In this document: positions 20,529 through 31,239 of the stretch, one piece after another | Layout: each line of letters starts with the position of its first letter | Position numbering within the stretch: the first letter of the stretch is position 1 | Assembly (NCBI GenBank): GCA_977018835.1 | Contig: OZ361258.1 | Span: 1,054,001 to 1,118,000 of the forward strand | Length of the DNA: 64,000 nucleotides | Direction of reading: 5' to 3' | DNA from: Minutocellus sp. GHC0000111 | Taxonomy: Eukaryota | Notes under the pieces: generated by a model | What the model saw: only the letters and a program-made list of their open reading frames with translations | Told to the model about the DNA's origin: nothing | The model's database searches: none | Position numbers and translations under genes: made by a program

Positions 20529-23352
20529 CTAAAGCTTCGAGGCCTCCTCCACAGTCTTGCGATAGCCATCCTTCTCGTCATCGGTGGAAGAAGAAAAGTT
20601 ATCTTCTTCTGTGAACGGAACTCGTTTGCTCGCAGAATTGATCCAAAAGGTATTTTGCCTTCCCTTGCCCTTGACTTCGACACCGATCGACTTGCCCTCT
20701 CTCCGCTCCTCCATCTCAAACGTCTTGTTAGGAGCGTCGCGAAGAAGTCGGCAGGTGAGAGAACTGCATTGAATGCGCATCTTGACACTTGTACTTTCCA
20801 TTCTGGAGGCAAAGTTAACGGTGTCGCCAAACAGACACCACCGAGGCATGGCTTGACCAACTACGCCAGCGACTACCGGCCCAGAGGCAAGGCCAGCACG
20901 GATGAAGAGCTTGTCGCCGCGAGAGGTTTTGAACGTCTTGACGAATTCAAGCGCATCTAGGGCAAATAGTGCAACCTTTTCGGCACCCTCTGGGCCCATA
21001 CATCGTTGCGGAGCACCGCCGAGCACCATGTAAGCGTCGCTGTAGCGTGATCGGGGAGAAATTATGGTTATGAGCAGAATAAAAATGGGAAAGATGGTGA
21101 GATACGGCGCTGTTGGAATGAATTATACATTTGGATGGAAGCAACAGATACGATGACACAACCAGCCTAGTGACTCACCCGATGGTTTCTACCTTGTAAA
21201 CGCCATGCTTCTCAACCAATTTGTCCAATTCGGTGTATAGCTCGTTGAGCATCTGCATGACGTCCTCTGGGGACATTTCTCCGGCCATGCTCGTGAACCC
21301 AACTATATCGCTGAAGAAAATAGTTACTGTGTCGTACCTCTCAACGACCTGCTTCCCCTTGCGCAGCCGCTTGATCGCTTTTGCTGGCATCATCTTGTAG
21401 AGTAGCTGCCGGTGGTCCTTGTCGCCGACCAAGATGGTCATCACGAGGAATGCGACAAGCAAGGATCCGATTACGGCGAGAGGTATTGCCCATTTTTCGG
21501 TACTAGGACGAGATCCATCTTCATATCCCACGGTCATCACCCATTCATTGTTGGTCGTTGGCAGAGCTACATCCACAACATCACCTAGCTGCCACGAATG
21601 ACGTTCCTCCGCTCCCGGCGACTGGGCGATGACATTGACTCTCTCAACGAAGGTATTGGTATCGCTATCAAACTTTTGATCTGTCCGAGTGAGCTGGAAG
21701 AACATTCCTCTCTGGTTGAAGCGTTCATAGACATTGCTTCGATCCTTGAGGGCCTCCCAATTGATGAGAACGACAGCGAAGCCCCAGCTCTCGTACGAGA
21801 TACCATCGACCTTTATATCATACGGAGGTGTCGCACCGGGCATGTTGATGGCGAGACGAGCGATAAAGCATTCTCTAACCACTGGAAAGTCTCCCTGGAT
21901 CAGAGTTAGCGGCCCGGCGATGACCACGCCCGGAGCAGGCACAGTAGCCCTTGCAATAGCCACTCGGTTGGGATCATTCAATAAATCGTGACCGATGGCT
22001 CCATTGGAATTTAGGAATACTCCGTCCTCAAAGTCCTCCGTGTTGTTCAGAGGGTATGCCATACTAACGACCGCCTGCGGGGCAAGCTGAACATTGACCA
22101 GTACCCCCTCCATGTCGGCACTCTTTTTGATACCCGCCGCAATGGTATTAAACATATCCCAAAGCTCGGGAGAAACCACTCCCGTCATGTTGCGATGCGA
22201 CCCGGCCCTGGGTCCGTCCTCGGGTGGGACAGCTCCGGGATCGCCCCGATCACCTATGATGCGAGGCAAATCAGCAAAGGCTGGAAGCTGGTAAACAAAT
22301 TGTGACATGGTAAAGAGGGGTACCAGCGCCTTATCAAGTTCTCTGCTGAAGAACAGTCCTGTTTCCTCGGCCATTTCCCGCGCCACGGCGAGACGAGCAT
22401 CCTCCTCATCATCGGTAAACTTGACCACCAGTGATACCGTCGCGGCACAAAAGATGGCAAATACCAGCAACGTCGCCAAAAGGATGGAGGGTGTCTTACA
22501 GGCCACACGGAAGGTGTGGGTGGTCCACCCCCACGCCCCCACCACGGCCTCGGTTATGTGCTCCCCCACTCCATTGACGCCGGAGCTGTATCCACCACCA
22601 TATTCGGAGTCCAAGTCGTCAATGTCATCCCATGCATCGTCTTTCCGCATCAGTTTGGTCCATACGTTCCGAAAGGCGTCGGTCCTCGTCGTCGCCGTGC
22701 TGGTTCGGGTGGTATCGGACAGGGCACTGTCGACGCTGCAGCGCGACCCTCGGCGGTCTTTGCTCCTGCCATTGTCCGTCAAACCTTTGATCCTACCGGC
22801 ACTGCTCCCGCTGATGCTGTCACCATCGACGCTGGGGGACAAATTGCCGAGGAAAGACACGACGCCCTTGGAATCGCCGCTGCCGGATCGGCTTCGGGTG
22901 CCGCCGCTATCGCTACCCCTGTTTGCTCGTCCCGGCCGCGTCCCCTTCTTCGCGCTGCTGGCCCGATCGCTGTCGCCGTTGGGTGTGTCGTCATTCTCGA
23001 GCTTTTGGGTGTAAATGTCGCCGACCTGCATACCAGGGGCGTCGGTGCCGTTACCGTTACCGTCAATGCTATCGTGATCGTGCTGGCGGAGCATCTCGGC
23101 GATGTCCCGGCCATTATGCGTTGCCATCGACGATAGGCGCGTGGCGTTGAGTCTGCTCTCACCTTGGCTGTTACCGTTGCCGCTATCATCACCAGCATCA
23201 TTGCTGCGACGCATGTCCGTGTCCGTGTCTTTGTCTGTGCTCTCTGCATCGTTCTGGTCGGTAGTGCCTGGCTCGGGACGAACTGTACCGCCGGAAGTAG
23301 TCGGCGGAGGAGTTGATAACGATTCGTCGGCGTCTTGTTCGGCGCGGTCCAT
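20529..23352 (-). CDS. Membrane CHASE-domain class III nucleotide cyclase, guanylate-type residues; intron 21040-21178
   Basis: TM, then CHASE ([27 protein letters not shown]), then TM and cyclase motifs [23 protein letters not shown] and [18 protein letters not shown]. Confidence 0.92.
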
Positions 23353-23747
23353 CTTTAGTGTGTAGGTATGCCGTATCTTTGGAGAGGATTGTACTTATTA
23401 TTGTAAGAGAGGGGGTCCAGTCCATCTCACAGACGAGTTCAACTTTGCAACTCGTCAATACACTGTAAGTAATTGGGCGCACTAAGAAGAGCACGGCCGG
23501 CGAGGTTTGGGCCGCCGATGTGAATGCCGTGAATGCCGATACCGTAAAGCGAAGGGGCTGTTGTGTCAGGTGATGGTTGTGTCATGTCCGAGGCCTCCAG
23601 GGGGCCCCTGTACGTACATTACATGTCTGCAAGTCCTTGCGTAAATCGGAAAGTCTTTGACGACGGACAGACGGACGTAGAAAAATCAAATCGTCGAAGT
23701 GCAACTTGTTTGACAAACAGTGCTGCAGTACGATCGTACATGCCATC

Positions 23748-25811
23748 ATGAAATCCTGCAGCAACATCCTTCCCGCATTCCTTTTGGCTGGTCTCGTGGT
23801 GGCGGTGGCGGCGTCAACATGCAATGCGGACCATGACGATCATCACTCAAAGAAGATGGATCTGTGGGCCAGAGGAGCGTACGATCTCGACCTGTCCTTG
23901 CAAGAGCTGGATCTGGCCTCGGCGACGGCGCCCATCCGACACGGTCCTATCCGCAGGATGAGGTTAGATGCTGCGCCAACCGCTGCTTCAGGCCCCAGAA
24001 ATAATGAATGCATGGAATTTGAATGTGGCCCGTCGCTGTTGTCGTCGGCGATGAGCATGCGTGGAGGTGCCACTGCTACTGGTGACTACAACGCTCGGCT
24101 GGAGGCCAAGCTGTCTGAATTATCGGCGCAATATGGACCATCGTTCACGGCGGCAATCGAGCAAAACAAAATTGACCACGTCAAGGATTGTGAAGCGTCG
24201 TGCGAGGCATTTTACTGTGCCAAAAAGGATAGCGATGCAAATCAGGGCAATGTGTGGGCCCGCGAACATTCCAACACTACCTTCAGATCTTATAGCTTTG
24301 GGGGCGTGCCGCCCGAAGACTTCTCGGAAGAGTTTGGTTTTCCTCTAGACCTGATCAAGGTGACGCAGAACGTGCCGCTGTTTTCCGCCGAGGAGGCTGT
24401 GGATGTCATTCAAAAGGCAGAGGAGGAGGGGGTCGACAAAAATGAATACAAATCTAGCAAATACAAGCTCGGAGGAGACTGGTTGGTGAACCTTCCCAAA
24501 ACCAGGGCTTGGTTCAACAAGCGACTCGAGGAGACTTTCTTTCCATTGCTGAGCTATCTGTTCCCAGAGATTATATCCTCGCCAGCTGTCCTTCGTGCCC
24601 ATTCGGTCTCGTTGCTCAAATACAATGCAAGCCACCCGAGGACGGATGTTCATATTGACAATGGTATTTTGGCAATGACGCTGGCCATGACTCCCAAGAG
24701 CGAGTACTCTGGCGGTGGAACCTTCTTTGAGCACATGGGCGAACACGACATACTGGAGATGGACGTAGGGCATGGAACATTTCGTCCCGGGTCAGTGCGC
24801 CATGGTGGGCATAGGGTGACAAGTGGCGTTCGCTACATACTTGGGGCTTTTCTCCTCATTGAGGATAAGCCGGAACATGTAAGACGGCTCAAGAATCGCG
24901 GCAGTGAGATTCGCAAGGCTGGTGAATTGGATACTGCCGCCAAGTACTTTGAATGGGCACTGGCCATCAACCCAAGATGCACCACATGTCTCAAGGACTG
25001 GGCCGAAATATTGTTGACGCAAAAGAAATTTGCAGAGGCCGAAGCCAAGATACGCCAGGCTTTGGACCTGTTGGAGCACAAGGATTCGGATGCATTGTTT
25101 ACGTTGGGCATCTTACTTTCAGAGCAAGGAAAGGACGATGAAAGCCTACAAGCATATCAAGACAGCCTGAGCTTGAATGCAGAAGATACCGAATTGTGCT
25201 ACAACTTGGGCATAAAATTGGGAGCAAAAGGTGATACCAAGGGCGAAATGGCAATGTATGCAAGAGCTACTACAATTGATCCTAAATTTGGAGGAGCTTG
25301 GATAAATTGGGGAACTTCACTCGCGGAAGCTCAAAATTTTGATGATGCAGAACTAATGTTTATGAAGGCATTGGAATGCGATGGTGAGGTGGTACCAAAA
25401 GCGATGATGAACTTGGCATTGGTCCACAACACGCGTGCCAACCAGTTTGCTCAGGGGGGCGATCTGCCAAATGCAAAAGCATCCGCGCTCAAGGCCGGCA
25501 GCTACCTAGACCGGGCCAAACCATTGTTGGACGTGTTGGCAAACGATGCGTCGGCGAGTGCAGATGCCGACAGCCAGCGCTACATTGCCCAATTTAATCC
25601 TCTCCGACTCCAAGTGCATCGTCTCACTGGTCAAATTCTGGCAGGTGCGCAAGAGTTTGCGACCTGCGAAGAAGAATTCCGACGAGCATCCCAGTCGTTT
25701 CCCGATGTTCCGGGTGTGTGGGACATGCTGGCAAGAATATTGGACTTGCAGGGCAAAACGGAAGAAGCGGCGGTAGCAAGGGCAAAGATTGACGAGCTCA
25801 TGGGCAAGTAA
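23748..25811 (+). CDS. Secretory-pathway 2OG-Fe(II) oxygenase (PLOD/P4H-like) with C-terminal TPR repeats
   Basis: Signal peptide; VHIDNG, YSGGGTFF and RHGGHRVTSGVRYIL motifs; multiple TPR helices. Confidence 0.85.
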   Translation: MKSCSNILPAFLLAGLVVAVAASTCNADHDDHHSKKMDLWARGAYDLDLSLQELDLASATAPIRHGPIRRMRLDAAPTAASGPRNNECMEFECGPSLLSSAMSMRGGATATGDYNARLEAKLSELSAQYGPSFTAAIEQNKIDHVKDCEASCEAFYCAKKDSDANQGNVWAREHSNTTFRSYSFGGVPPEDFSEEFGFPLDLIKVTQNVPLFSAEEAVDVIQKAEEEGVDKNEYKSSKYKLGGDWLVNLPKTRAWFNKRLEETFFPLLSYLFPEIISSPAVLRAHSVSLLKYNASHPRTDVHIDNGILAMTLAMTPKSEYSGGGTFFEHMGEHDILEMDVGHGTFRPGSVRHGGHRVTSGVRYILGAFLLIEDKPEHVRRLKNRGSEIRKAGELDTAAKYFEWALAINPRCTTCLKDWAEILLTQKKFAEAEAKIRQALDLLEHKDSDALFTLGILLSEQGKDDESLQAYQDSLSLNAEDTELCYNLGIKLGAKGDTKGEMAMYARATTIDPKFGGAWINWGTSLAEAQNFDDAELMFMKALECDGEVVPKAMMNLALVHNTRANQFAQGGDLPNAKASALKAGSYLDRAKPLLDVLANDASASADADSQRYIAQFNPLRLQVHRLTGQILAGAQEFATCEEEFRRASQSFPDVPGVWDMLARILDLQGKTEEAAVARAKIDELMGK

Positions 25812-25866
25812 AATAGTTACGAGTACGCAATTCTGCTGTGTGAAAAATGTCATTTATGTTCAGGGT

Positions 25867-28800
25867 CTAGGGAACCGCATTGGAAGGCTTGTTTTCATTT
25901 GGCCTTGGGATCCAACCGGCCTTTACAATGAAATCTATCACCCCGTCTCTCTTTTCGACGTCAATCTTGACGAGCTTGCTGGGTTTGATACCACCGCTGG
26001 CGCTGGGGGTTGCATCATCCTCAATGATCCCTGCTCTGAAGGACTCGGCAATGAGCGCTTTCTTGGCCTCGAGGTAGATCTCGGGAAGGAGCTCGAGCTT
26101 TTTGCAAAGCTTGATCTCTTTGGTAGAAAGTAGATCGTAGCCCGGAGTTTGGCTATCGATGTGGAAGGTGCTGCTCTTGGTTACTGCCGATGGCTCGGAA
26201 GATGATGCTGCTGGCTTCTTCTTGTCGGCATCATCAGCATCGATATCCATCTTGGTAGGCTCTTCTTCTGCACTGCTCGCCGGCTTCTTCTCATCGTCAC
26301 CCTGGCCAGATGTCTCGGCGGATCCACCCCGATTGACACTCTTGCGATTCCTGCGGTCGGACCCATACTCCTTCCACAGCGTCGGACCGGTGGCGTGATC
26401 GGCCGAGTACGAAGTTGCCGATGCCGCGGCGGCCTTGGCGGCATCGTCCGCCTCCTTCTGCTCCAGGGCTACCTTGTGATGCTCCCTGCGATCCCGGTCG
26501 AGCTCGTACTTCTCGGCCTCGGTCAACGTCTGGATGCCCATCCGACGGTACTGCTGCAGCCGGGCAATCTCCTTCCGGAGTCGCTTGGCCTTGAGGAGAT
26601 CCGCGATGAACTTCTCATGCTCCTCGGCGCTGTGGAAGCGAGCAAACAGCCGCATGCGGTTGACCAGATCGCGCTCGTCGGGCGGCAACAGCAACTCGTT
26701 GGCCTGGTTCTGCCGATAATTTAACAACTTCCTCTCAATGAGGAAATTCTTCCTCCGCTCCCGCTCGGCCAGCTTCTCGTTGTAGATCTCGATGATCTGC
26801 AGCTTGAGCTGCCGGTCCTGCGGCGCGTCGTCGGCCGAGAACTCCATCTCGGCCAGGATCGTCTCGGCGTCGTTCTCCCACTCCACGTCAAAGTCCCCCC
26901 GTCGGGGCATGTATCCGGCCAGCTCCGAACCGGGCATCGTCTTGATGTCCTCGACGCGCATGGGGAGGACGGTCGGACCCCCGCGCTGGAACAGATGTTT
27001 CTCCATCCACTCGTGCCGGAGACGGGTGGCCTCGGCCTGGTCGGTGGCCGACGCCGTCTTGACGAATTCCTGCTCGGCCTTGACGGCAAGGTCGCGTCCG
27101 AGCTCGTCCCCAATCTTGATTGTGGAGTTGGGAACGTCGGGTAGGTGGGGATGGGGCCATAGTTGGTCGTATCCTGGCAAGGATTCGGTGGGGACCACGC
27201 GATACTTGCGTTCGGTGGTGAACCCTGCCCCCGCCGCGCTCATTGTGCTGGCCTGGCGGGACAGGGATGGTCGAGTAACAACGGCGGGTGCAGTATTGGC
27301 AGTAGTCGCTGCTGCCGCGGTGGTTGCGGCACTGCCACTGCCCTTGTCGTCGTTGCCATCTTCGGCGGCAGCAGTCTCCTCGACCAACGTGTACGGGGGC
27401 AGGATGTGCCCGTACCGTCCCAAGAAGTCGTCAAAGTACCGCTCCATGCATCGCTTGGCGCTCTTGTTGGAGGACGACGATCCTCCTCCGCCCCCACCGC
27501 CCCCGTGAGAGCTTCCACTTAGCAAAGCCGACCCACCCCCCTCGAGGTGCTGTCCGGCCACGGCCTCGGCAATGTCGGCCCAGTTGCCCAGCCCGTAGAT
27601 GGAGATGGCATCGAGGAGGCGCAGGTCCTCCTCGGCCGTCCACACGGCCCGGGGCTCGTCGGACCAGGTGAGGGTGGCGGTAGCGTCGGCATCTGCGTTG
27701 GCGTTGGCATCGGTAGCATCAGCGCCTTCACTCCCTTCCGTCGTATTGGTCTTGGTGGTTTCGGAAGATGGTTTCTTGTCTCCATCACAACCACCATCAC
27801 CACCACCATCACCCTTCCTCTTGACCCCCCTCGCCGTGGCCAGGACCGGAAAACGAGCCGAGTCGCTCACCCGATACCCGTGGACGGCGGCATCGTGCAA
27901 TAGCTCCGGCGGTCCGTCGTCCCCATCACCACCATCACCAGCACCACCACTAGTAGTAGCCGCCTTGGCGCTGCCGACCCCACCGCCGCCCTTGCCGAAG
28001 CAGTCCAAGCAGAGGTCAAAGTCGGGACAGACCGCGCAGCGGATGCGGGGGACGTGGGTGATGTCGTTCTTGCAGTAGTCGCACTCGTACAGCGACCGCT
28101 TGGTGGAGATGGCCGTCAGGATGAGGTTCGGTGGGATCTGCGGAGTTTGCTGCTGCTGCTGCGGAGTCTGGTCTTGATTGGTTGCAGCGGTCGCAGCTTG
28201 GATATTATCATCATCGGAGGAGGAGGACTTTGCAACTTGCTCCGTGGCGGCGGCTGCTTCGGCGGACGTGGACTCGGACCGCTGCTTCTTGGCCGGCGGT
28301 TCGCTTCCCCCCTCCTCTGCATCTACCCCTGCCGCGGCGGCGGTATCCTGATCCTCCTTGGGTTCACCCTTCTCATCGGCCTTGCTGGCATCCGCCGCGT
28401 CAGCAGCAGGTGCGGCCGTTTCAGCTTCGGCACCGGTCGGCGTATCTTTGCCCCCCGCGTCGTCGGCCGCATCGCCGTCGGCGGCCGCATCCTTCATCTC
28501 CACGTCTTGCTCTTCCTTGTCACCGCCCGCCTCCTCTTTGGCAATATCTTCCGGTGCCTCTGCCATGGCGGTATCCTTCTGGACCGCCTCGGTGTCCTTT
28601 CCCTCCTCCGCAGCAGTTGCGGCTGGCTCTGCCTCAACAGCTGCTGCAGGCGGCTCTGGTTGTTGAGGTTGGTTCTCCTCGACGGGATGGGGAACACGGG
28701 CGTTGCTGGCCGCGGCGGCACTGCCACCGCCGCTACCGGCTCCTCGGCCCTTGCCGGACGATCGCCCCCCGGCTCGGCGGCGGGACTTGGCCATTGCTGC

Positions 28801-28872
28801 TGCTTGGTATCTTGCTCCTTCGTTCAGGAGGTTGGGGAGCGGCGAAAATAATGAAGCAACGCCGCCTGCCAT
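25867..28872 (-). CDS. ADA2: SAGA transcriptional adaptor ADA2
   Basis: ZZ finger (CDYC...CAVCPDFDLCLDCF), SANT (WTAEEDLRLLDAI..GLGNWADIA), GYMPRRGDFDVEWENDAE and C-terminal SWIRM. Confidence 0.96.
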   Translation of the reverse strand: MAGGVASLFSPLPNLLNEGARYQAAAMAKSRRRAGGRSSGKGRGAGSGGGSAAAASNARVPHPVEENQPQQPEPPAAAVEAEPAATAAEEGKDTEAVQKDTAMAEAPEDIAKEEAGGDKEEQDVEMKDAAADGDAADDAGGKDTPTGAEAETAAPAADAADASKADEKGEPKEDQDTAAAAGVDAEEGGSEPPAKKQRSESTSAEAAAATEQVAKSSSSDDDNIQAATAATNQDQTPQQQQQTPQIPPNLILTAISTKRSLYECDYCKNDITHVPRIRCAVCPDFDLCLDCFGKGGGGVGSAKAATTSGGAGDGGDGDDGPPELLHDAAVHGYRVSDSARFPVLATARGVKRKGDGGGDGGCDGDKKPSSETTKTNTTEGSEGADATDANANADADATATLTWSDEPRAVWTAEEDLRLLDAISIYGLGNWADIAEAVAGQHLEGGGSALLSGSSHGGGGGGGGSSSSNKSAKRCMERYFDDFLGRYGHILPPYTLVEETAAAEDGNDDKGSGSAATTAAAATTANTAPAVVTRPSLSRQASTMSAAGAGFTTERKYRVVPTESLPGYDQLWPHPHLPDVPNSTIKIGDELGRDLAVKAEQEFVKTASATDQAEATRLRHEWMEKHLFQRGGPTVLPMRVEDIKTMPGSELAGYMPRRGDFDVEWENDAETILAEMEFSADDAPQDRQLKLQIIEIYNEKLAERERRKNFLIERKLLNYRQNQANELLLPPDERDLVNRMRLFARFHSAEEHEKFIADLLKAKRLRKEIARLQQYRRMGIQTLTEAEKYELDRDRREHHKVALEQKEADDAAKAAAASATSYSADHATGPTLWKEYGSDRRNRKSVNRGGSAETSGQGDDEKKPASSAEEEPTKMDIDADDADKKKPAASSSEPSAVTKSSTFHIDSQTPGYDLLSTKEIKLCKKLELLPEIYLEAKKALIAESFRAGIIEDDATPSASGGIKPSKLVKIDVEKRDGVIDFIVKAGWIPRPNENKPSNAVP

Positions 28873-28990
28873 GATACGGTCACGTATCTACGTACGGATA
28901 AATTATAATTGAGGATATTGGTTATCACGTTAATAAATATTTCGGAAGGCGCCATCTCGGCCCCGTCACGCCTTCAATCCCTCCGACTCT

Positions 28991-30235
28991 TTATCTCGCC
29001 GTGATCGATTCAAACACCGATGAACGCATCCCCGTCCTCGGACTTTGGACCTCGAATATGCTTGTCGATCTGGAACCACCGAGGCGGCTCTTTCGATTCG
29101 ACTTATTCGGTTGCAGATGATCCTTCTCCTCCTTCTCTTTGCCAGTTCCAAAGTCAAAGGTATGCTTCGACGGGGCTTGATTGGCCGAACCCACCAGCGA
29201 TTTCATCATTTTGATCAGAAAGAGCGCGGTAAGCAGCGAGTTGAGCGCCATGACCCACGACAAACTCATCGGCAGTTGGCTCCACCATCGGTCCATGGTC
29301 AGCCTCCAAACCCAAATGTACAGCACTGCGGGATGGTAGTTCTTGCACATGCTTTGGACCAATTCCTTGGTGACCAAACGACGCGAGTACAGATAGTACC
29401 ACAAAAAGCCAAACTGAACGCAGCAGGTCACCAACAATGCCTCCTTCTCGAGGTAGTCAATGGCATAGGGATACTGTTCTCGAAGGCTCGAAAAGCTTCC
29501 AACAAACAGAAGATGGAGTGAAAAGCCCAATTTGGAACCACCATACACTATGAAGAGTGCCTTGCCATAGGCACGGATCAAGGTATACTGATACAGCGCC
29601 ACCAATAATATCGAGGCACCAATCAATCTCGATAGCATGGCATCGTCCAGGATGATTTGCGCTTGCTCAGGATGCTGCTGTAGACATCGATAGAGTAGTG
29701 GGAAGATTGCCGAAAGGATGGGAGCCACAACGCCCCTGCCGCGATTGAATTGCTGCATCTGTTTGCTGGATAGGCCCTTCTGCGCCATCGTTGTGGTGCT
29801 GAGCTGCCAACTTTGAACCTTGTTCCAAAAGACCAAAAGCGTGGCAGCGGAAACGAACGTGAAGAGGTGAAAGGCTGTCGCCGTGGAATCAATGTGCCGA
29901 TCATCGTACGAGTGGTTCAGCAAAATCACCCGCACAAACAGGTAGTTGCCAATGATCAGGGCGGCAACCGATGCGATGGCATGGAGCAGACCGGTGAAGG
30001 TTCGGACATATCGCTTGTCGACCATGCCCAGGAATTTGTTTTGGGTCGAAATCTTCGTCGTGCCGATGGCTGAGCTTGCCAGAATGGATTCGCGCAGTGC
30101 TCTGCCTTGGTAGGATTTGCGGAAAGCAGCGTCGGCGTCCATATTCATATCGAAGCAGTCGGCGTCGCCATCCTCGGCGAATTCGTCCAAGTCCGAGGTC
30201 ACCTCGTCGGTTTGTTGGAGCTTTCCTCGCAACAT
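28991..30235 (-). CDS. Uncharacterised polytopic membrane protein
   Basis: 414 aa open frame with about 7-8 hydrophobic helices and hydrophilic termini. Confidence 0.7.
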   Translation of the reverse strand: MLRGKLQQTDEVTSDLDEFAEDGDADCFDMNMDADAAFRKSYQGRALRESILASSAIGTTKISTQNKFLGMVDKRYVRTFTGLLHAIASVAALIIGNYLFVRVILLNHSYDDRHIDSTATAFHLFTFVSAATLLVFWNKVQSWQLSTTTMAQKGLSSKQMQQFNRGRGVVAPILSAIFPLLYRCLQQHPEQAQIILDDAMLSRLIGASILLVALYQYTLIRAYGKALFIVYGGSKLGFSLHLLFVGSFSSLREQYPYAIDYLEKEALLVTCCVQFGFLWYYLYSRRLVTKELVQSMCKNYHPAVLYIWVWRLTMDRWWSQLPMSLSWVMALNSLLTALFLIKMMKSLVGSANQAPSKHTFDFGTGKEKEEKDHLQPNKSNRKSRLGGSRSTSIFEVQSPRTGMRSSVFESITAR

Positions 30236-30621
30236 TTTGTTCTGTTCTCACGACGAAAGGGCGGAAAGTTCCTGACTACTTTGGGCTGAGCTTTGCTGTA
30301 TCTTAATAATTGGGGTTGAGCGCAGGTTAATGGCAGAGAGTTAATGAAAGGAGGCAAATAATGGTGTGTATGTGTGGAGGAAAGCGTTGGCTTCCGATCT
30401 TTCGCTGCCTGTATCTTCCAATCCTTCAAGCAATGTTCAGTCCCGACATGTCGACTGTCGATCTTATGTCTGTGCGTCATCCGTCACCTCTCATATCTTT
30501 CTCTCGCATCTCATATTTTTTATTATCTCCATGCCTCAACACTTCCACGTCGCTCGATGTCAAGTGGTCCAACCACAACCAAATCAATTCTACTTCTCGC
30601 TCGCGCCTTGTATCCACCAAC

Positions 30622-31239
30622 ATGAGATACCCCGCTGCCGCTCGAGTTCTCTCCATCCTCGCCCTTTCGGGCACAGGAATTGGCAAACGCCAGATGTTGG
30701 GATCGGTATCTGCCTTTGCTCCAGGCGTATCTTTGGCATCACGGTCCACCCATTACTACAACTATTCCACGTCCTCCACGTCCCTCTTCTCAATCGTTGA
30801 CGAAGTAACAGCCGAAATGAAGACAGCAATGAAGGCCAAGGATACCACGACGCTGGCCACCATTCGGCTTATTCGAAGTGCATTCGCCAACGCCCAGATC
30901 GAAGAGAAGACGGATGCATTAACAGACGAGCAGGCCATCAATTGTCTGCGCAAGATGGCCAAGATGAGACAGGAATCGATCGAGATGTTCAAGGAGGGTG
31001 GTGCTGAGGATCGTGCCGCCGCCGAGCAGGCCGAGCTGGACGTGATTGAGCGCTGGTTGCCAAAGTTGGCAGATGAAGAAACGACCAGAGCGTGGGTTTT
31101 GGAAGCTATAGAAACGACAGGAGTGGCCGGTGACATGTCAAAGATGGGCATGGTTATGGGCGCATTGATGAAGAATCACAAGGCTGAGATAGATGGCAAG
31201 CTTGCTCAAAAGGTGGTGAAGGAGGAGTTGAGTAAATAA
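30622..31239 (+). CDS. GatB/YqeY domain protein, predicted plastid-targeted
   Basis: VSAFAP presequence; EMKTAMKAKD...IRLIRSA...KMRQESIEMF...MGMVMGALMK...DGK. Confidence 0.9.
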   Translation: MRYPAAARVLSILALSGTGIGKRQMLGSVSAFAPGVSLASRSTHYYNYSTSSTSLFSIVDEVTAEMKTAMKAKDTTTLATIRLIRSAFANAQIEEKTDALTDEQAINCLRKMAKMRQESIEMFKEGGAEDRAAAEQAELDVIERWLPKLADEETTRAWVLEAIETTGVAGDMSKMGMVMGALMKNHKAEIDGKLAQKVVKEELSK

